Assembly: GCA_040218735.1 (NCBI GenBank)
Contig: JAVJQW010000050.1
Coordinates: 32,001 to 96,000, forward strand
Reading direction: 5' to 3'
DNA length: 64,000 nucleotides
Source of the DNA: Deltaproteobacteria bacterium
GTDB taxonomy: Bacteria; Myxococcota; Kuafuiibacteriia; Kuafuiibacteriales; Kuafuiibacteriaceae
Shown here: positions 1 through 9,247 of the stretch, one piece after another
How the letters are laid out: every line of letters begins with the position of its first letter
Numbering within the stretch: position 1 is the stretch's first letter
Notes under the pieces: model-generated
The model's database searches: none
Told to the model about the DNA's origin: nothing
The model's input: the letters and a program-made list of their open reading frames with translations, nothing else
Made by a program: the position numbers and the translations under genes

Positions 1-2
1 TC

Positions 3-155
3 CTCGCCGCGCCGATCTTCGCGCCCGGCGCACGCGTGGTCTTCGAACACCGCGCGACCGACGAAGCGGTGCCCTCCCCCTCGGAGCGCATCACGTTCGA
101 GCGGACGAAGCGCTACGGCGAAGCCGCGCTGAGTTACTACGTCGTCGCGGACTGA
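3..155 (+). CDS. rsmD: C-terminal end of RsmD-family 16S rRNA methyltransferase (partial, runs off window)
   Basis: Hand translation, frame 3: LAAPIFAPGARVVFEHRATDE...ERTKRYGEAALSYYVVAD*. The VxEH...KxYG ending is typical of RsmD. Confidence 0.6.
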   Translation, partial: LAAPIFAPGARVVFEHRATDEAVPSPSERITFERTKRYGEAALSYYVVAD

Positions 156-394
156 CGAGGCGGCTCGGCGTCGAGCACGAGCCCGCACGCCTCGCAGCGC
201 AGACGCGTCATCGTGCGCACCGCGACCTCGACGCGCTCGAAGTCGGTCCGGCGCTCGCCCCCCTCCAGGCACTCGGGGCAGGGACCGCCGCCGAGCTCTT
301 CCTCGGCGATCGTCAACCCGCACCTCCGGCACTTCAGGCGCGCGTGAGTCTTCGGCGCCAGCACGGTGAGGTGTTGGTGCGGGCAGTCCTCCAC
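137..394 (-). CDS. Small Cys-rich zinc-ribbon protein
   Basis: CPH, CRRC, CPEC and CEAC motifs in 85 aa. Confidence 0.65.
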   Translation of the reverse strand: MEDCPHQHLTVLAPKTHARLKCRRCGLTIAEEELGGGPCPECLEGGERRTDFERVEVAVRTMTRLRCEACGLVLDAEPPRQSATT

Positions 395-471
395 GCCCGG
401 GACGCTGGCACACCGCGGCGCGTTTCACCAAGGCTCGCGTTCCGCGTGAAAGCCGAGTAGACCGGTGCGCG

Positions 472-1665
472 ATGCGTCTCGCACAGCGCCTATCGCGCGT
501 GGCTCCGTCCGCGACCCTCACCCTCGCCGCCAAGGCCAAGGCGATGAAGGCCGAGGGGCAGGACGTCGTGAGCCTGACCGCCGGCGAGCCCGACTTCCCG
601 ACGGCGCCCCACATCATCGCGGCGATCCACCGCTCCCTCGACCGCGGCGACACCACGTACACCGCCGTGCCAGGCGTCCCGGAGCTGCGGGAGGCGGTCG
701 CGGCGCACCACAGCCGCGACGACGTCCCGTTCGCCGCGGAGAACGTGATCGTGTCGACCGGCGCAAAGCAGTCGCTGTTCGGCGCGATGCAGTGCCTCCT
801 CGACCCCGGCGACAAGGGCGTCGTCATCGCGCCCTACTGGCTCTCCTACGCCGACATGATCCGCGTCGCGGGCGGCGAAGTGGAGATCGTCCAGACCGAC
901 GAGGGCTCCGACTTCCTCGCGGCGCCGGACCGCCTCGACGCCGCCCTCGCGGGCGCACGAGTGCTGATCCTGAACTCGCCGTCGAACCCGTCCGGCGCGG
1001 TCTACTCCGCGGAGCGGATGAACGCGATCGCCAGTGTGCTGCGCAAACATCCGGACGTGGTGATCATCGCGGACGAGATCTACGACCGCTTCGTCTACGG
1101 CGACGCGAGCTACACCTCGATCCTCGACGTCGCACCGGATCTCGCGGAGCGCATCCTGCTGATCAACGGCTGCTCGAAGACCTACGCGATGACGGGGTTG
1201 CGCATCGGGTGGGCGGTCGGACCGAAGCCGCTCATCGGCGCGATGTCGCGGCTGCAGGGGCAGTCGACCTCGAACGCTTCGGCGCCGATGCAAGCCGGCG
1301 CGCTCGCGGCGATCACGGGCGACCAGACGCCGGTCGAAGAGATGGTGCGTGCGTTCGACGTGCGGCGACGCTTCGTCGTGGGGCGCCTGCAGGCGATCCC
1401 CGGCGTGACGTGTTTCGAGCCGGCGGGCGCCTTCTATGTGCTCCCCTCGCTCGCGAGCTACGTGGGGCGCACGCTGCCCGACGGGAGCCCGATCGACGAC
1501 ACGTTCCCGATCACCGCCCACCTGCTCCACGACCACGGGCTGGTGGTGGTGCCCGGCGGCCCGTTCGGCGCACCGAACCACATCCGGCTGTCGTTCGCGG
1601 CGGACATGGAGAACCTGACCAAGGGGCTCGACCGACTGCGGGATGCCCTCGTCGCGTTCTCCTGA
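472..1665 (+). CDS. PLP-dependent class I/II aminotransferase (aspartate aminotransferase-like)
   Basis: AGEPDF, NSPSNPSG, DEIY and SKTYAMTGLRIG (PLP lysine). Confidence 0.95.
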   Translation: MRLAQRLSRVAPSATLTLAAKAKAMKAEGQDVVSLTAGEPDFPTAPHIIAAIHRSLDRGDTTYTAVPGVPELREAVAAHHSRDDVPFAAENVIVSTGAKQSLFGAMQCLLDPGDKGVVIAPYWLSYADMIRVAGGEVEIVQTDEGSDFLAAPDRLDAALAGARVLILNSPSNPSGAVYSAERMNAIASVLRKHPDVVIIADEIYDRFVYGDASYTSILDVAPDLAERILLINGCSKTYAMTGLRIGWAVGPKPLIGAMSRLQGQSTSNASAPMQAGALAAITGDQTPVEEMVRAFDVRRRFVVGRLQAIPGVTCFEPAGAFYVLPSLASYVGRTLPDGSPIDDTFPITAHLLHDHGLVVVPGGPFGAPNHIRLSFAADMENLTKGLDRLRDALVAFS

Positions 1666-1700
1666 TCCCGCCCGCGGACCGCCGTTCGGGACAATTGCGC

Positions 1701-1728
1701 ACAACCTGAGCGCGCCTGAAACCGATAA
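1701..1728 (+). promoter_or_regulatory. Sigma28/FliA-like promoter
   Basis: ACAAC-N15-ACCGATAA (ACAA-N16), 7 nt before GTG 1736. Confidence 0.5.
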
Positions 1729-1735
1729 GGCACGC

Positions 1736-2932
1736 GTGGACGCGGTCCGAAGTCAGCGGGTGTCGACGACGACGCCGATCGTCGAGACGCCGTCGGGCGG
1801 CCCCGCGAAGAAAGACGTCGAAGCACCGCTGCCGCCGCTCCCCCTCGCGCAGCGTCGCACGGCGCCCACCGCGCACCGCCCGCACCTGCTCGCGTTTGCC
1901 TTCGGCGGTCGGCTGAACAAGACGATCGCCGCCGCCATGGTGTCCGCGGCCATGCTCACCGGCGCGCCGGTGATGGCGCAGACGACGGACGTCGCGACGC
2001 GGCCGCCGGTCGCGACCACGGCGACACCGTCACGCATCGCGCAGCACGCGATCGTCGACGAAGAGGCCGAGAAGCGTCTGCTCGAAGAGCTACGCACCAC
2101 CGTCCTCGCGAACCCGAACGACTACAGCTTCGGTGAGGTCGCGCGGGCGCTGACGATCACCAAACGCATCGAACATCGGCACCAGGCGGACGAGGCGTCC
2201 GGCCAGTGCGGCGTCTACCGCGGCACGCGTCGCACCGGGAACCCGGAGGTCGCGAAGAACACGATCCGCACCGACTGCATCACGTTCCCCCTCGAGGTGC
2301 TCCGCGACGCGTTCACGCTCCGCGGTGAGTCCGACAAGTGGGACGCCGCGCTGTCGCGCGCGATCCGCGAGTCACGGGAAGCGGCGCAGGAGCAAGGGCT
2401 GTCGAAGGACAAGTGGGGCCTGCGCGGCACCGTGCTGATGCGTGTGATGATCGAGGACCTCGGGTGGAGCGACGGGATGTTGTTCTCACCCGACGTGAAG
2501 AACCCGTGGGACGGGCAGAGCTACCACCCGCAGACGCTGCGTTACACCGCCGCGCTCGGGCACTACGTCGGCGTCCCGCTCGACACGAGCCAGTCGGTGT
2601 TCGACTACCGCCTCACGCACCCCGAGGTTCGCGCTCGGGGGTACACGTCGACGCGACAGGTGAAGGATCGCATCGCCGAGTGCCGCGCCGGCTCGCCCGA
2701 CCGCTGGCAGAACCCCGGCGTACCGAGCGAGACCGAAGGCCTCGCGCGGCTCGCGGACCGGCCCTTCATGCTGCTCGCGGCGAAGGAGGGCCTGCACATG
2801 GCGCTGGTCCTCGACGGCTTCGTCTACGAAGCGCACTCGCGCTCGGGCTGCTACGACGAAGAGCTCATCGAGGTCACGCCGCTGCACTGCTGGCCGTGGA
2901 ACTCGGGCGTCATGACCGGGCCCGTCGACTGA
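1736..2932 (+). CDS. Hypothetical protein with disordered N-terminus, internal signal-peptide-like segment and putative NlpC/P60-like Cys-His domain
   Basis: ORF 1643..2932; GTG 1736 chosen because it follows the promoter. TDCITF and LHMALVLDGFVYEAH motifs. Confidence 0.6.
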   Translation: MDAVRSQRVSTTTPIVETPSGGPAKKDVEAPLPPLPLAQRRTAPTAHRPHLLAFAFGGRLNKTIAAAMVSAAMLTGAPVMAQTTDVATRPPVATTATPSRIAQHAIVDEEAEKRLLEELRTTVLANPNDYSFGEVARALTITKRIEHRHQADEASGQCGVYRGTRRTGNPEVAKNTIRTDCITFPLEVLRDAFTLRGESDKWDAALSRAIRESREAAQEQGLSKDKWGLRGTVLMRVMIEDLGWSDGMLFSPDVKNPWDGQSYHPQTLRYTAALGHYVGVPLDTSQSVFDYRLTHPEVRARGYTSTRQVKDRIAECRAGSPDRWQNPGVPSETEGLARLADRPFMLLAAKEGLHMALVLDGFVYEAHSRSGCYDEELIEVTPLHCWPWNSGVMTGPVD

Positions 2933-3857
2933 GCCACCTGCCTCCAAGGGCGAGCGCCGCGAAGAGGAGCGCGAGCGGCGACCCGCGGTCGGGCGTCGAC
3001 TGGCATCCGCAGCGGGTCCCCGCGCTGTCGAGCGGACCGCCGAGCGTCCCCGCATCCGGCGTGACGCCGGCGTCGTTCGGGCCCGCGTCGGGCGTGGCAG
3101 CGTCCGGGGGGAAGCCGGCGTCGGGCGGGGAGCCGGCGTCGACGAAGCCTCCGTCGCGCGGCGGCGGGACGAAGGCGCAATCGCCGAACCACGTCGGTGA
3201 CGATACGTTTCCCGCGCGATCGATCGCGTCGAGGCGGTAGCAGCGGTCGGCGTCCGGCGTCTCGTCGATGCCCTCGACGATGAGCCCGATCGCCCGTTCG
3301 GTCGTCGTCACGTCCCAGTCGAAGAGCACCCCGACGATCCGCTCCGCGTCGTCTTCGATCTGCGCGAGGCGGTGGCCCGCCAGCCCGAAGTCGTCGGCGC
3401 CCGCGACGTACCCGCCCTCGATGACGAGCCCCGGACCGAAACACATCGAGTACTCGAGGCGCTCCTCGGTCACGGCGAGCGCGCCGGGCGCAGACGGCGG
3501 GGTGTCGTCGCGCGGGCCGATCGGGCCGACGACGAACGCCCGCGGCTCGCCGTAGTTGCGGAGCTCGACCTCGATCCGATCCCCCTCGGACGCGCCCGTG
3601 AGATCGACCGCGAAGTACTGAGCGCCCATCGGCTCCGGCGTGAGGTCGCGCGGACCCGCCGGCCCGTGGAGCACAACGCGCTCGACGAGGTCCGCGGAGG
3701 GGGTCACGCCGAACACCATCTGCCCGTTGGCGGGCAGTCGTTGGCCTTCCTGCGGAGCGACCTGGGTGATGCCGACGTACTGCGTGCAAGCGAGCGCGGC
3801 GGCGGGCGAAGAGACGACGCCGAACGCACCGGCGAAGAGGAGCCATCGCATGGGCAT
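2910..3857 (-). CDS. Secreted protein with MYXO-CTERM-like sorting tail
   Basis: Signal peptide (AALA-C), PDAG linker repeats, C-terminal CGCQST...LALLFAALAL..RR. Confidence 0.75.
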   Translation of the reverse strand: MPMRWLLFAGAFGVVSSPAAALACTQYVGITQVAPQEGQRLPANGQMVFGVTPSADLVERVVLHGPAGPRDLTPEPMGAQYFAVDLTGASEGDRIEVELRNYGEPRAFVVGPIGPRDDTPPSAPGALAVTEERLEYSMCFGPGLVIEGGYVAGADDFGLAGHRLAQIEDDAERIVGVLFDWDVTTTERAIGLIVEGIDETPDADRCYRLDAIDRAGNVSSPTWFGDCAFVPPPRDGGFVDAGSPPDAGFPPDAATPDAGPNDAGVTPDAGTLGGPLDSAGTRCGCQSTPDRGSPLALLFAALALGGRWLSRRARS

Positions 3858-3954
3858 CGTCACAGCAGGTTGCGGGCCAGGCCTCGCGCGCAGCGAAACA
3901 TACCGATCGGTACTGACTTCCTGAGGGTGTGCGTTTTGTGGCGGTACGCGCCGC

Positions 3955-5400
3955 TCAGCGCTTCCGGCGGCCGGAGACGGTGTGCAGCTTGAGCATGTTC
4001 GTGGGCTGCGAGGGCGCGAACGGCATCTTCGTGGTGATGACGACGGTGCCGCCCTCGGGGAGCAGCCCGCGGTCGAGCGCCGTCGACTCCACCGCGCTGA
4101 CGAGTGACTCGACGTTGGTGGGCGGCGCGATCTTCAGCGGGCGCACGCCCCAGTACAGCCCCATGCGGCGGACCTCTTCGTCCGTCGAGGCGCACCCGAA
4201 GATCTGGCAGTGCGGGCGCCAATTCGCGACCAGGCGCGGGCCGAGGCCGCCCTGCGTCCAGGAAGCGATCGCGACCGCCGACATCTCCCGCGCCGTGACC
4301 ACGGCCGCGTGCGAGATCGCCCACGCGTGCGAGGAACGGAGGTCGTCGACGAACTTCGGGACGGAGAACGGATCCGGCGCCGTCTCGGCCGCGTTCGCGA
4401 GCGCCGACATCGTCTCGACCGCCTTCACCGGGAAGTCACCCATCGCGGTCTCGTCGGAGAGCATGACGGCGTCGGCGCCGTCGAAGACCGCGTTGGCGAC
4501 GTCCGAGACCTCGGCGTGGGTCGGCCGCGCGTGGTTCGTCATCGACATCAACATCTGCGTCGCGACGACGGTGATCTTGCCGTGCTCGCGCGCCATGCGG
4601 ATCGCGCGGCGCTGTACGCCGGGGACCTGCTCGGCGGGGAGCTCCACCCCGAGGTCGCCGCGCGCGACCATGATGCCGTCGCTCGCCTTGATGATGTGTT
4701 CGAGGCGCTCGACGGCCTCCGGCTTCTCGATCTTCGAGATGATCGGCACGACGCGGCCGTGCGCGCGCATGTGCTCGCGGAGCTGCTCGACGTCGTGCGG
4801 CGACCGGACGAACGACAGCGCGACCCAGTCCACGCCGATCGACAGTCCGAACGCGAGATCGTCGAGGTCCTTTTCGGTCATCGACGGCGCGGAGATCTGC
4901 GTGCCCGGGAGGTTGATGCCCTTGTTCGAGGAGACCTTGCCGCCGAGGACGACCTTGCACTTCACCTCGGTGCCGTCGATCGCGATGACGTCGAGGCCGA
5001 CGCGACCGTCGTTGAGGAGGACGCGCTCGCCGACGCTGAGATCCTTCGCGAGCCGGTCGTAGGTCGTCGGCATGCGATTCACGTCGCCGACGAAGCTCCC
5101 GTCGGCGGACAGGGTGACCTCGGCGTCCGTCTCGAGCATGACGGCGTCCTCGAGTTTGCCGAGGCGAATCTTGGGGCCTTGGAGGTCCTGGAGGATCGCG
5201 ATCGGTTTGAGCGTCGTCCGCTCGGCGGCGCGAATCCGCTCCAGTATCGCGCGGTGATCCTCGTGTGCGCCGTGGCTGAAGTTGAGGCGCGCGACGTCGA
5301 GGCCGGCGCGGATCAGCTGCTCGAGCGTCTCCTGCGACGCGGACGCCGGACCGATGGTGCCGATGATCTTCGTGCGGCGCAGGTGTGATTCGGTGACCAC
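3955..5400 (-). CDS. pyk: Pyruvate kinase
   Basis: RRTKIIGTIGPAS, ARLNFSHG, DLQGPKIR, IMVARGDLGVE, DGADAVMLS. Confidence 0.97.
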   Translation of the reverse strand: MVTESHLRRTKIIGTIGPASASQETLEQLIRAGLDVARLNFSHGAHEDHRAILERIRAAERTTLKPIAILQDLQGPKIRLGKLEDAVMLETDAEVTLSADGSFVGDVNRMPTTYDRLAKDLSVGERVLLNDGRVGLDVIAIDGTEVKCKVVLGGKVSSNKGINLPGTQISAPSMTEKDLDDLAFGLSIGVDWVALSFVRSPHDVEQLREHMRAHGRVVPIISKIEKPEAVERLEHIIKASDGIMVARGDLGVELPAEQVPGVQRRAIRMAREHGKITVVATQMLMSMTNHARPTHAEVSDVANAVFDGADAVMLSDETAMGDFPVKAVETMSALANAAETAPDPFSVPKFVDDLRSSHAWAISHAAVVTAREMSAVAIASWTQGGLGPRLVANWRPHCQIFGCASTDEEVRRMGLYWGVRPLKIAPPTNVESLVSAVESTALDRGLLPEGGTVVITTKMPFAPSQPTNMLKLHTVSGRRKR

Positions 5401-5421
5401 GCCCCACGTCTAACGTAGACG

Positions 5422-5606
5422 TCAGGGCGTGAACAGGGCGTCCACGCTCGGGACCGTCACAGCGCGCTCCACGAGGCGCTGGGCCTCCTCGACCGTCGCC
5501 GCGAGGACCCGCGCGCGCACCTACTCCGAAACCTCGAAGCCCCGCTGCGCCAGCACGGTCAGCACGGACTTCGCGAGCCCGCGCGCCGACCTTCGTGGCG
5601 CCCTTC
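5422..5606 (-). pseudogene. Relic of an Rpn/Uma2-associated C-terminal helical domain
   Basis: Hand translation with one frameshift near 5580 and an internal TAG at 5521-5523: EGRHEGRRA/GLAKSVLTVLAQRGFEVSE*VRARVLAATVEEAQRLVERAVTVPSVDALFTP*. Confidence 0.6.
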
Positions 5607-7799
5607 ACGGCGGCGCAGCGCGAGGGCGCCGCCGAGCACGAGCAGCCACGCCCACGACCATTCGGAGCGGCCCCAGGTCGTCGCTTCACATCCGCAGCCT
5701 CCGCCGCGGCGGCTGCCGGTGTCGATCGCGGCGGTGACGAAGCGCGCGCGGACGATGACGTTGCCGGTGGCCTGCGTGAAGTCGGCGTCGAAGACACTCA
5801 CCGCGATGGTCGTCGTCGCGACCTCCGTGGGCATGCCGACGATCGCGCCGCGCGTGGCGTCGAACGTGAGGCCCGGCTGGAGCGAACCGGACTGGATTTG
5901 CCAGGTGTACGGCGGCACGCCGCCACGCGCCATGAGCAGGACGTCGTTGTCCGCGTTGATGCGCACCGAGACGTCGGAGGTGACCAGCTCCAGCGCCGTC
6001 AGCTCCGAGACGTCGAGCGTCAACGCGCCCGAGACCGAGCCGCCGTCCGCGTCCGTGGCGCTGACGTTCATCGTGAAGCTCCCGACCATCGTCCCCGTCC
6101 CCGCGAGGAGGCCCGAACCGTCCACCGCGAAGCCCGGGGGCGCCGCGTCGACCGTGACGGTGTAGGGCGGGCGCCCGCCCGTCACGAGCGCCGCCGAGTA
6201 CGGCCGACCGACCACCGCAGCGGCGAGCGCCGAGGTGAGCACCAGCGGCCCCGCGGCCACCGCTTCGATCGACAGCGGCACCACCGCGTTGTCCCCGAGC
6301 CCGTCGACGATCGACACCGTCATCATCGACACCCCCGCGGCGTCGGGTGTGCCCGTCGCCTCGCCGGTGCTGACGACCGTGAGCCACGAGGGCGCACCCG
6401 AGATCACCTGGAACGCGTACGGTGCCGTGCCGCCCGTCGCCTCGAGCTGGGCCATGTACGCCGCACCGACCGTCGCGGCCGGGAGCGAAGACGACGTGAG
6501 GCGAATGCCCGTCGTCGCGCCGTCGATCGTGAGCGTCAGCCCCTGCGTCACCGGCTCCAGGCCGTCACCGGAGCACTCCACGACGAACGAGCTCGTGGTC
6601 GCCGCCGTCGGCGTCCCGAAGATCAGGCCGTCGGATTCGATCGACAGCCCCGCGGGCAAGGCACCTTGCACGACCCGCCACACCGGCGTCGACGCACCGA
6701 CCTGATTCAGCGCCGCCTCGTAGTACGTCCCGATCTCTCCGTTCGGCAGCGACGTCGTGGTGATGACGATTTCGTTCCCCGCGGGGACGACGTCGACGGC
6801 GCCCAGCTGCTGCAGGTTGTCGTTCTCGTTCGTCTCACTGACGACGCCCCCCGCGTCCGCGTAGAGCGCGAGGTAGAAGCGGCCCGTCTGCGACGGCACC
6901 ATGAACGTGAGCGTCCCCGAGATCGCGTTCCCGGCCGGCACGGTCGACACCGACGCCGACCCCAACGCAAACCCGGCCGTCGTCACCGGCGTCGTCTCGC
7001 CGACCAAGAGCGCGACCTCGCTGGCGCCCGCCGGGCCCGCGCCGTCGTTGGCGAGCTCGAAGTCGATCGAGACCGTCGCTCCCTCCGGCACCGACGCCGG
7101 GATCGTCGTCAGCGAGAACACCCGAAGGTTCGGCGACTGCGGCGGGTTGTTGCTCGGCGAGAATCCGATCGCGGTGCCGCTCGGGACGTCCGTCAACGTG
7201 CAGGTCGGCGAGCACGGCAACGAGACACCGTTGGCGCCGGTCGCGTCCTCCAGACCGATCGTCGCCGACCACGACGAGCCCCCCACGCGCGGCCCGTAGA
7301 TGAACGCGATCGTGTCGGTGCTCCCGTCGATCGCGACCTGGTAGCTCGCGGTCTCGCCGGAGAAGTTCAGCGCCTCGTTACTCACCCACTCGATCACCAG
7401 CGTCGTGCCGGTGACATACGAGTACGCCGCCGCGCCGTTCTGGAAGGTCTGGTCGAACCACATCGGCGCGAGGAACGCGTTGGGCGTCGTCGTGCTGGGG
7501 ATGGCGACGTTCGAGTACTCGGTGTCCCCCGTCCCGATGGTCAGCAGACCGTTGGTCGTCACGTACAGCGGCGTCCCCGACGGGATGGTCTGGCCGAAGT
7601 AGTCGAAGCTGAACGGCAACGTGACCGTTCCGTAGTCGTCATCGCTGGCCGGCACGTTCACCGGCGTCCCCATCGAGACGATGCTGCTGTACGTGCCCGA
7701 GACGACCTGCGTCGTGTAGCTCTGGGCCGAAGCAGTGGTCGCGAATCCGGAGGCGGCTGTCGCGAGTGTGAGAATCCGTACGAATCGAGCGCGCACCAA
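5559..7799 (-). CDS. Surface protein with CARDB-like and repeated putative Ig (He_PIG) domains and MYXO-CTERM tail
   Basis: Signal peptide ASA-Q; VSETNENDN (CARDB); repeated GGxxPY/LPxGL Ig units; GGGCGC...LLVLGGALALRRR. Confidence 0.85.
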   Translation of the reverse strand: MVRARFVRILTLATAASGFATTASAQSYTTQVVSGTYSSIVSMGTPVNVPASDDDYGTVTLPFSFDYFGQTIPSGTPLYVTTNGLLTIGTGDTEYSNVAIPSTTTPNAFLAPMWFDQTFQNGAAAYSYVTGTTLVIEWVSNEALNFSGETASYQVAIDGSTDTIAFIYGPRVGGSSWSATIGLEDATGANGVSLPCSPTCTLTDVPSGTAIGFSPSNNPPQSPNLRVFSLTTIPASVPEGATVSIDFELANDGAGPAGASEVALLVGETTPVTTAGFALGSASVSTVPAGNAISGTLTFMVPSQTGRFYLALYADAGGVVSETNENDNLQQLGAVDVVPAGNEIVITTTSLPNGEIGTYYEAALNQVGASTPVWRVVQGALPAGLSIESDGLIFGTPTAATTSSFVVECSGDGLEPVTQGLTLTIDGATTGIRLTSSSLPAATVGAAYMAQLEATGGTAPYAFQVISGAPSWLTVVSTGEATGTPDAAGVSMMTVSIVDGLGDNAVVPLSIEAVAAGPLVLTSALAAAVVGRPYSAALVTGGRPPYTVTVDAAPPGFAVDGSGLLAGTGTMVGSFTMNVSATDADGGSVSGALTLDVSELTALELVTSDVSVRINADNDVLLMARGGVPPYTWQIQSGSLQPGLTFDATRGAIVGMPTEVATTTIAVSVFDADFTQATGNVIVRARFVTAAIDTGSRRGGGCGCEATTWGRSEWSWAWLLVLGGALALRRREGRHEGRRAGSRSPC

Positions 7800-7856
7800 G
7801 GAGACCTCCCCAACTGCGTCCTACGCAGCGCGGGGGCGATCCTACCTCAGGTTTCG

Positions 7857-8291
7857 TCAGAACGAATCGTCATCGTCGTCGTCGAAGTCTTCTTCTTCTT
7901 CGTCGTCGTCGAATTCGAAGTCGTCGTCGTCGAAGTCCTCGTCGTCGTCGTCCTCGTCGTCGAAGTCCTCGTCGTCCTCGTCCTCTTCGTCTTCGTCGTC
8001 ATCCCCACTTCGGACGAGGCCGAGGGCCCCTCCGCCCTCGTCGTCCGAGGGGCCGTAGGGGGGCGGAAGCTCGTCGTTGTCGAGGTTCAGCTCGAACTGA
8101 ACCTTGCTCCGCAGCGCCGCCATCGCCGTGAGCAGGTCGTCGAGTGCCTGCGCAAACGAGTGGCAGCGGTTGGAGCTCGGACGCGCGCCGCAGTGACTGC
8201 ACTTGATGGCGGTCGGGCGCTCGAGGAGCTGCGTGATGTTGACGTCGAAGTCGGCCTCACAAGAGTTGCACTGGAAGGTAATGGTGCTCAT
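7857..8291 (-). CDS. Zinc-ribbon protein with long acidic tail
   Basis: ATG 8291; CNSC...CSHC; roughly 45 C-terminal residues nearly all D/E with periodic F. Confidence 0.75.
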   Translation of the reverse strand: MSTITFQCNSCEADFDVNITQLLERPTAIKCSHCGARPSSNRCHSFAQALDDLLTAMAALRSKVQFELNLDNDELPPPYGPSDDEGGGALGLVRSGDDDEDEEDEDDEDFDDEDDDDEDFDDDDFEFDDDEEEEDFDDDDDDSF

Positions 8292-8421
8292 GCGGCGGTC
8301 CCTGTTTCGCGGCCGGAGATTGGGGGGAGATGGAGCGGATGTCGAGGGGGAGCTCACAAAAAATGGACGCGCCCCGCTCGACTCGACAAGCCCTCGGCCC
8401 CGCGGCTACCGTCGTAGCGCG

Positions 8422-9247
8422 TTGAAGCTCGCCGTCCCGATCGTCCTGCTCGTCGCCGCGGCCGCCTGCGTCCCCGAGGCCGTGGAGCCGATGCGCGACG
8501 GCGGTCCGGTGCAGACCAGCACCACCACCGACGCGGGACCGTCCCGACGCCGGCACCGACAGCGACGCCGGGGTTCGCGACGCCGGCGCACGCGACGCCG
8601 GCACCGCGCCGCGCGACGCGGGTGTGTACGACGGCGGCCCCGTCGTCGACACCGACATGGACGGCATCCCCGACGACGAGGACCCGATGCCCACGTCGCC
8701 GAACACCCTGCTGTTCTCGGATCAGTTCGACGACGTCGGACCCGAGTGGATCTTCTCGTCGGTGTCGATGTCGATCCGCCCCGAGCGCAGCCAGCTCGTC
8801 GTCAATCGCCTCGAGCCGTTCGAGCGCGAGGGTTGGATCGGGCCGCAGCCGACCTGGGGGGACTACCTGATTCGTACGCTGATCCGCGTCGACCGCGTCG
8901 GCAACGACAGCTCCGCACGCAGCGGACACGCGGGCCTCATCGCCCGCGTGAGCCAGGTGACGCCGAGCCGCTACGTCACGTGCGGCGTGGACCTCAAGGA
9001 GCGCGAGCTCGTCCTCGCCGAGCACGAGGGCACCATCGCGACGACGCTCGAGAGCGTCCCCGGCACGTTCGAGCCCGGGCAATGGTTGCGCATCAACCTG
9101 CGCACCGAGGGACCGAATTACGTGTGCACGGTCGGCGGCGTCGAGCTCACCGCGCGCTCGACGACGTTCTTCGCGGGGTCGATCGGCTTCAGGACCTACG
9201 ACTCGACCTTCGCGGCGGACTGGGTCGAGGTCTACGAGATCTTCTGA
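8422..9247 (+). pseudogene. Frameshifted lipoprotein (DAG linker, TSP3-like Ca-binding motif, DUF1080/ConA-like domain); pseudogene or sequencing error
   Basis: TTG 8422 gives MKLAVPIVLLVAAAAC. A frame change near 8536-8546 continues PDAGTDSDAGVRDAG...DTDMDGIPDDEDP into ORF 8624..9247. Confidence 0.7.

Noticed and set aside
1643-1735. Upstream ATG start for the effector-like gene
   Set aside because: It overlaps the aminotransferase end and would place the promoter motif inside the CDS; GTG 1736 fits better.
5521-5523. In-frame TAG as possible pyrrolysine or readthrough
   Set aside because: The same relic also has a frameshift and no start codon; decay is the simpler explanation.
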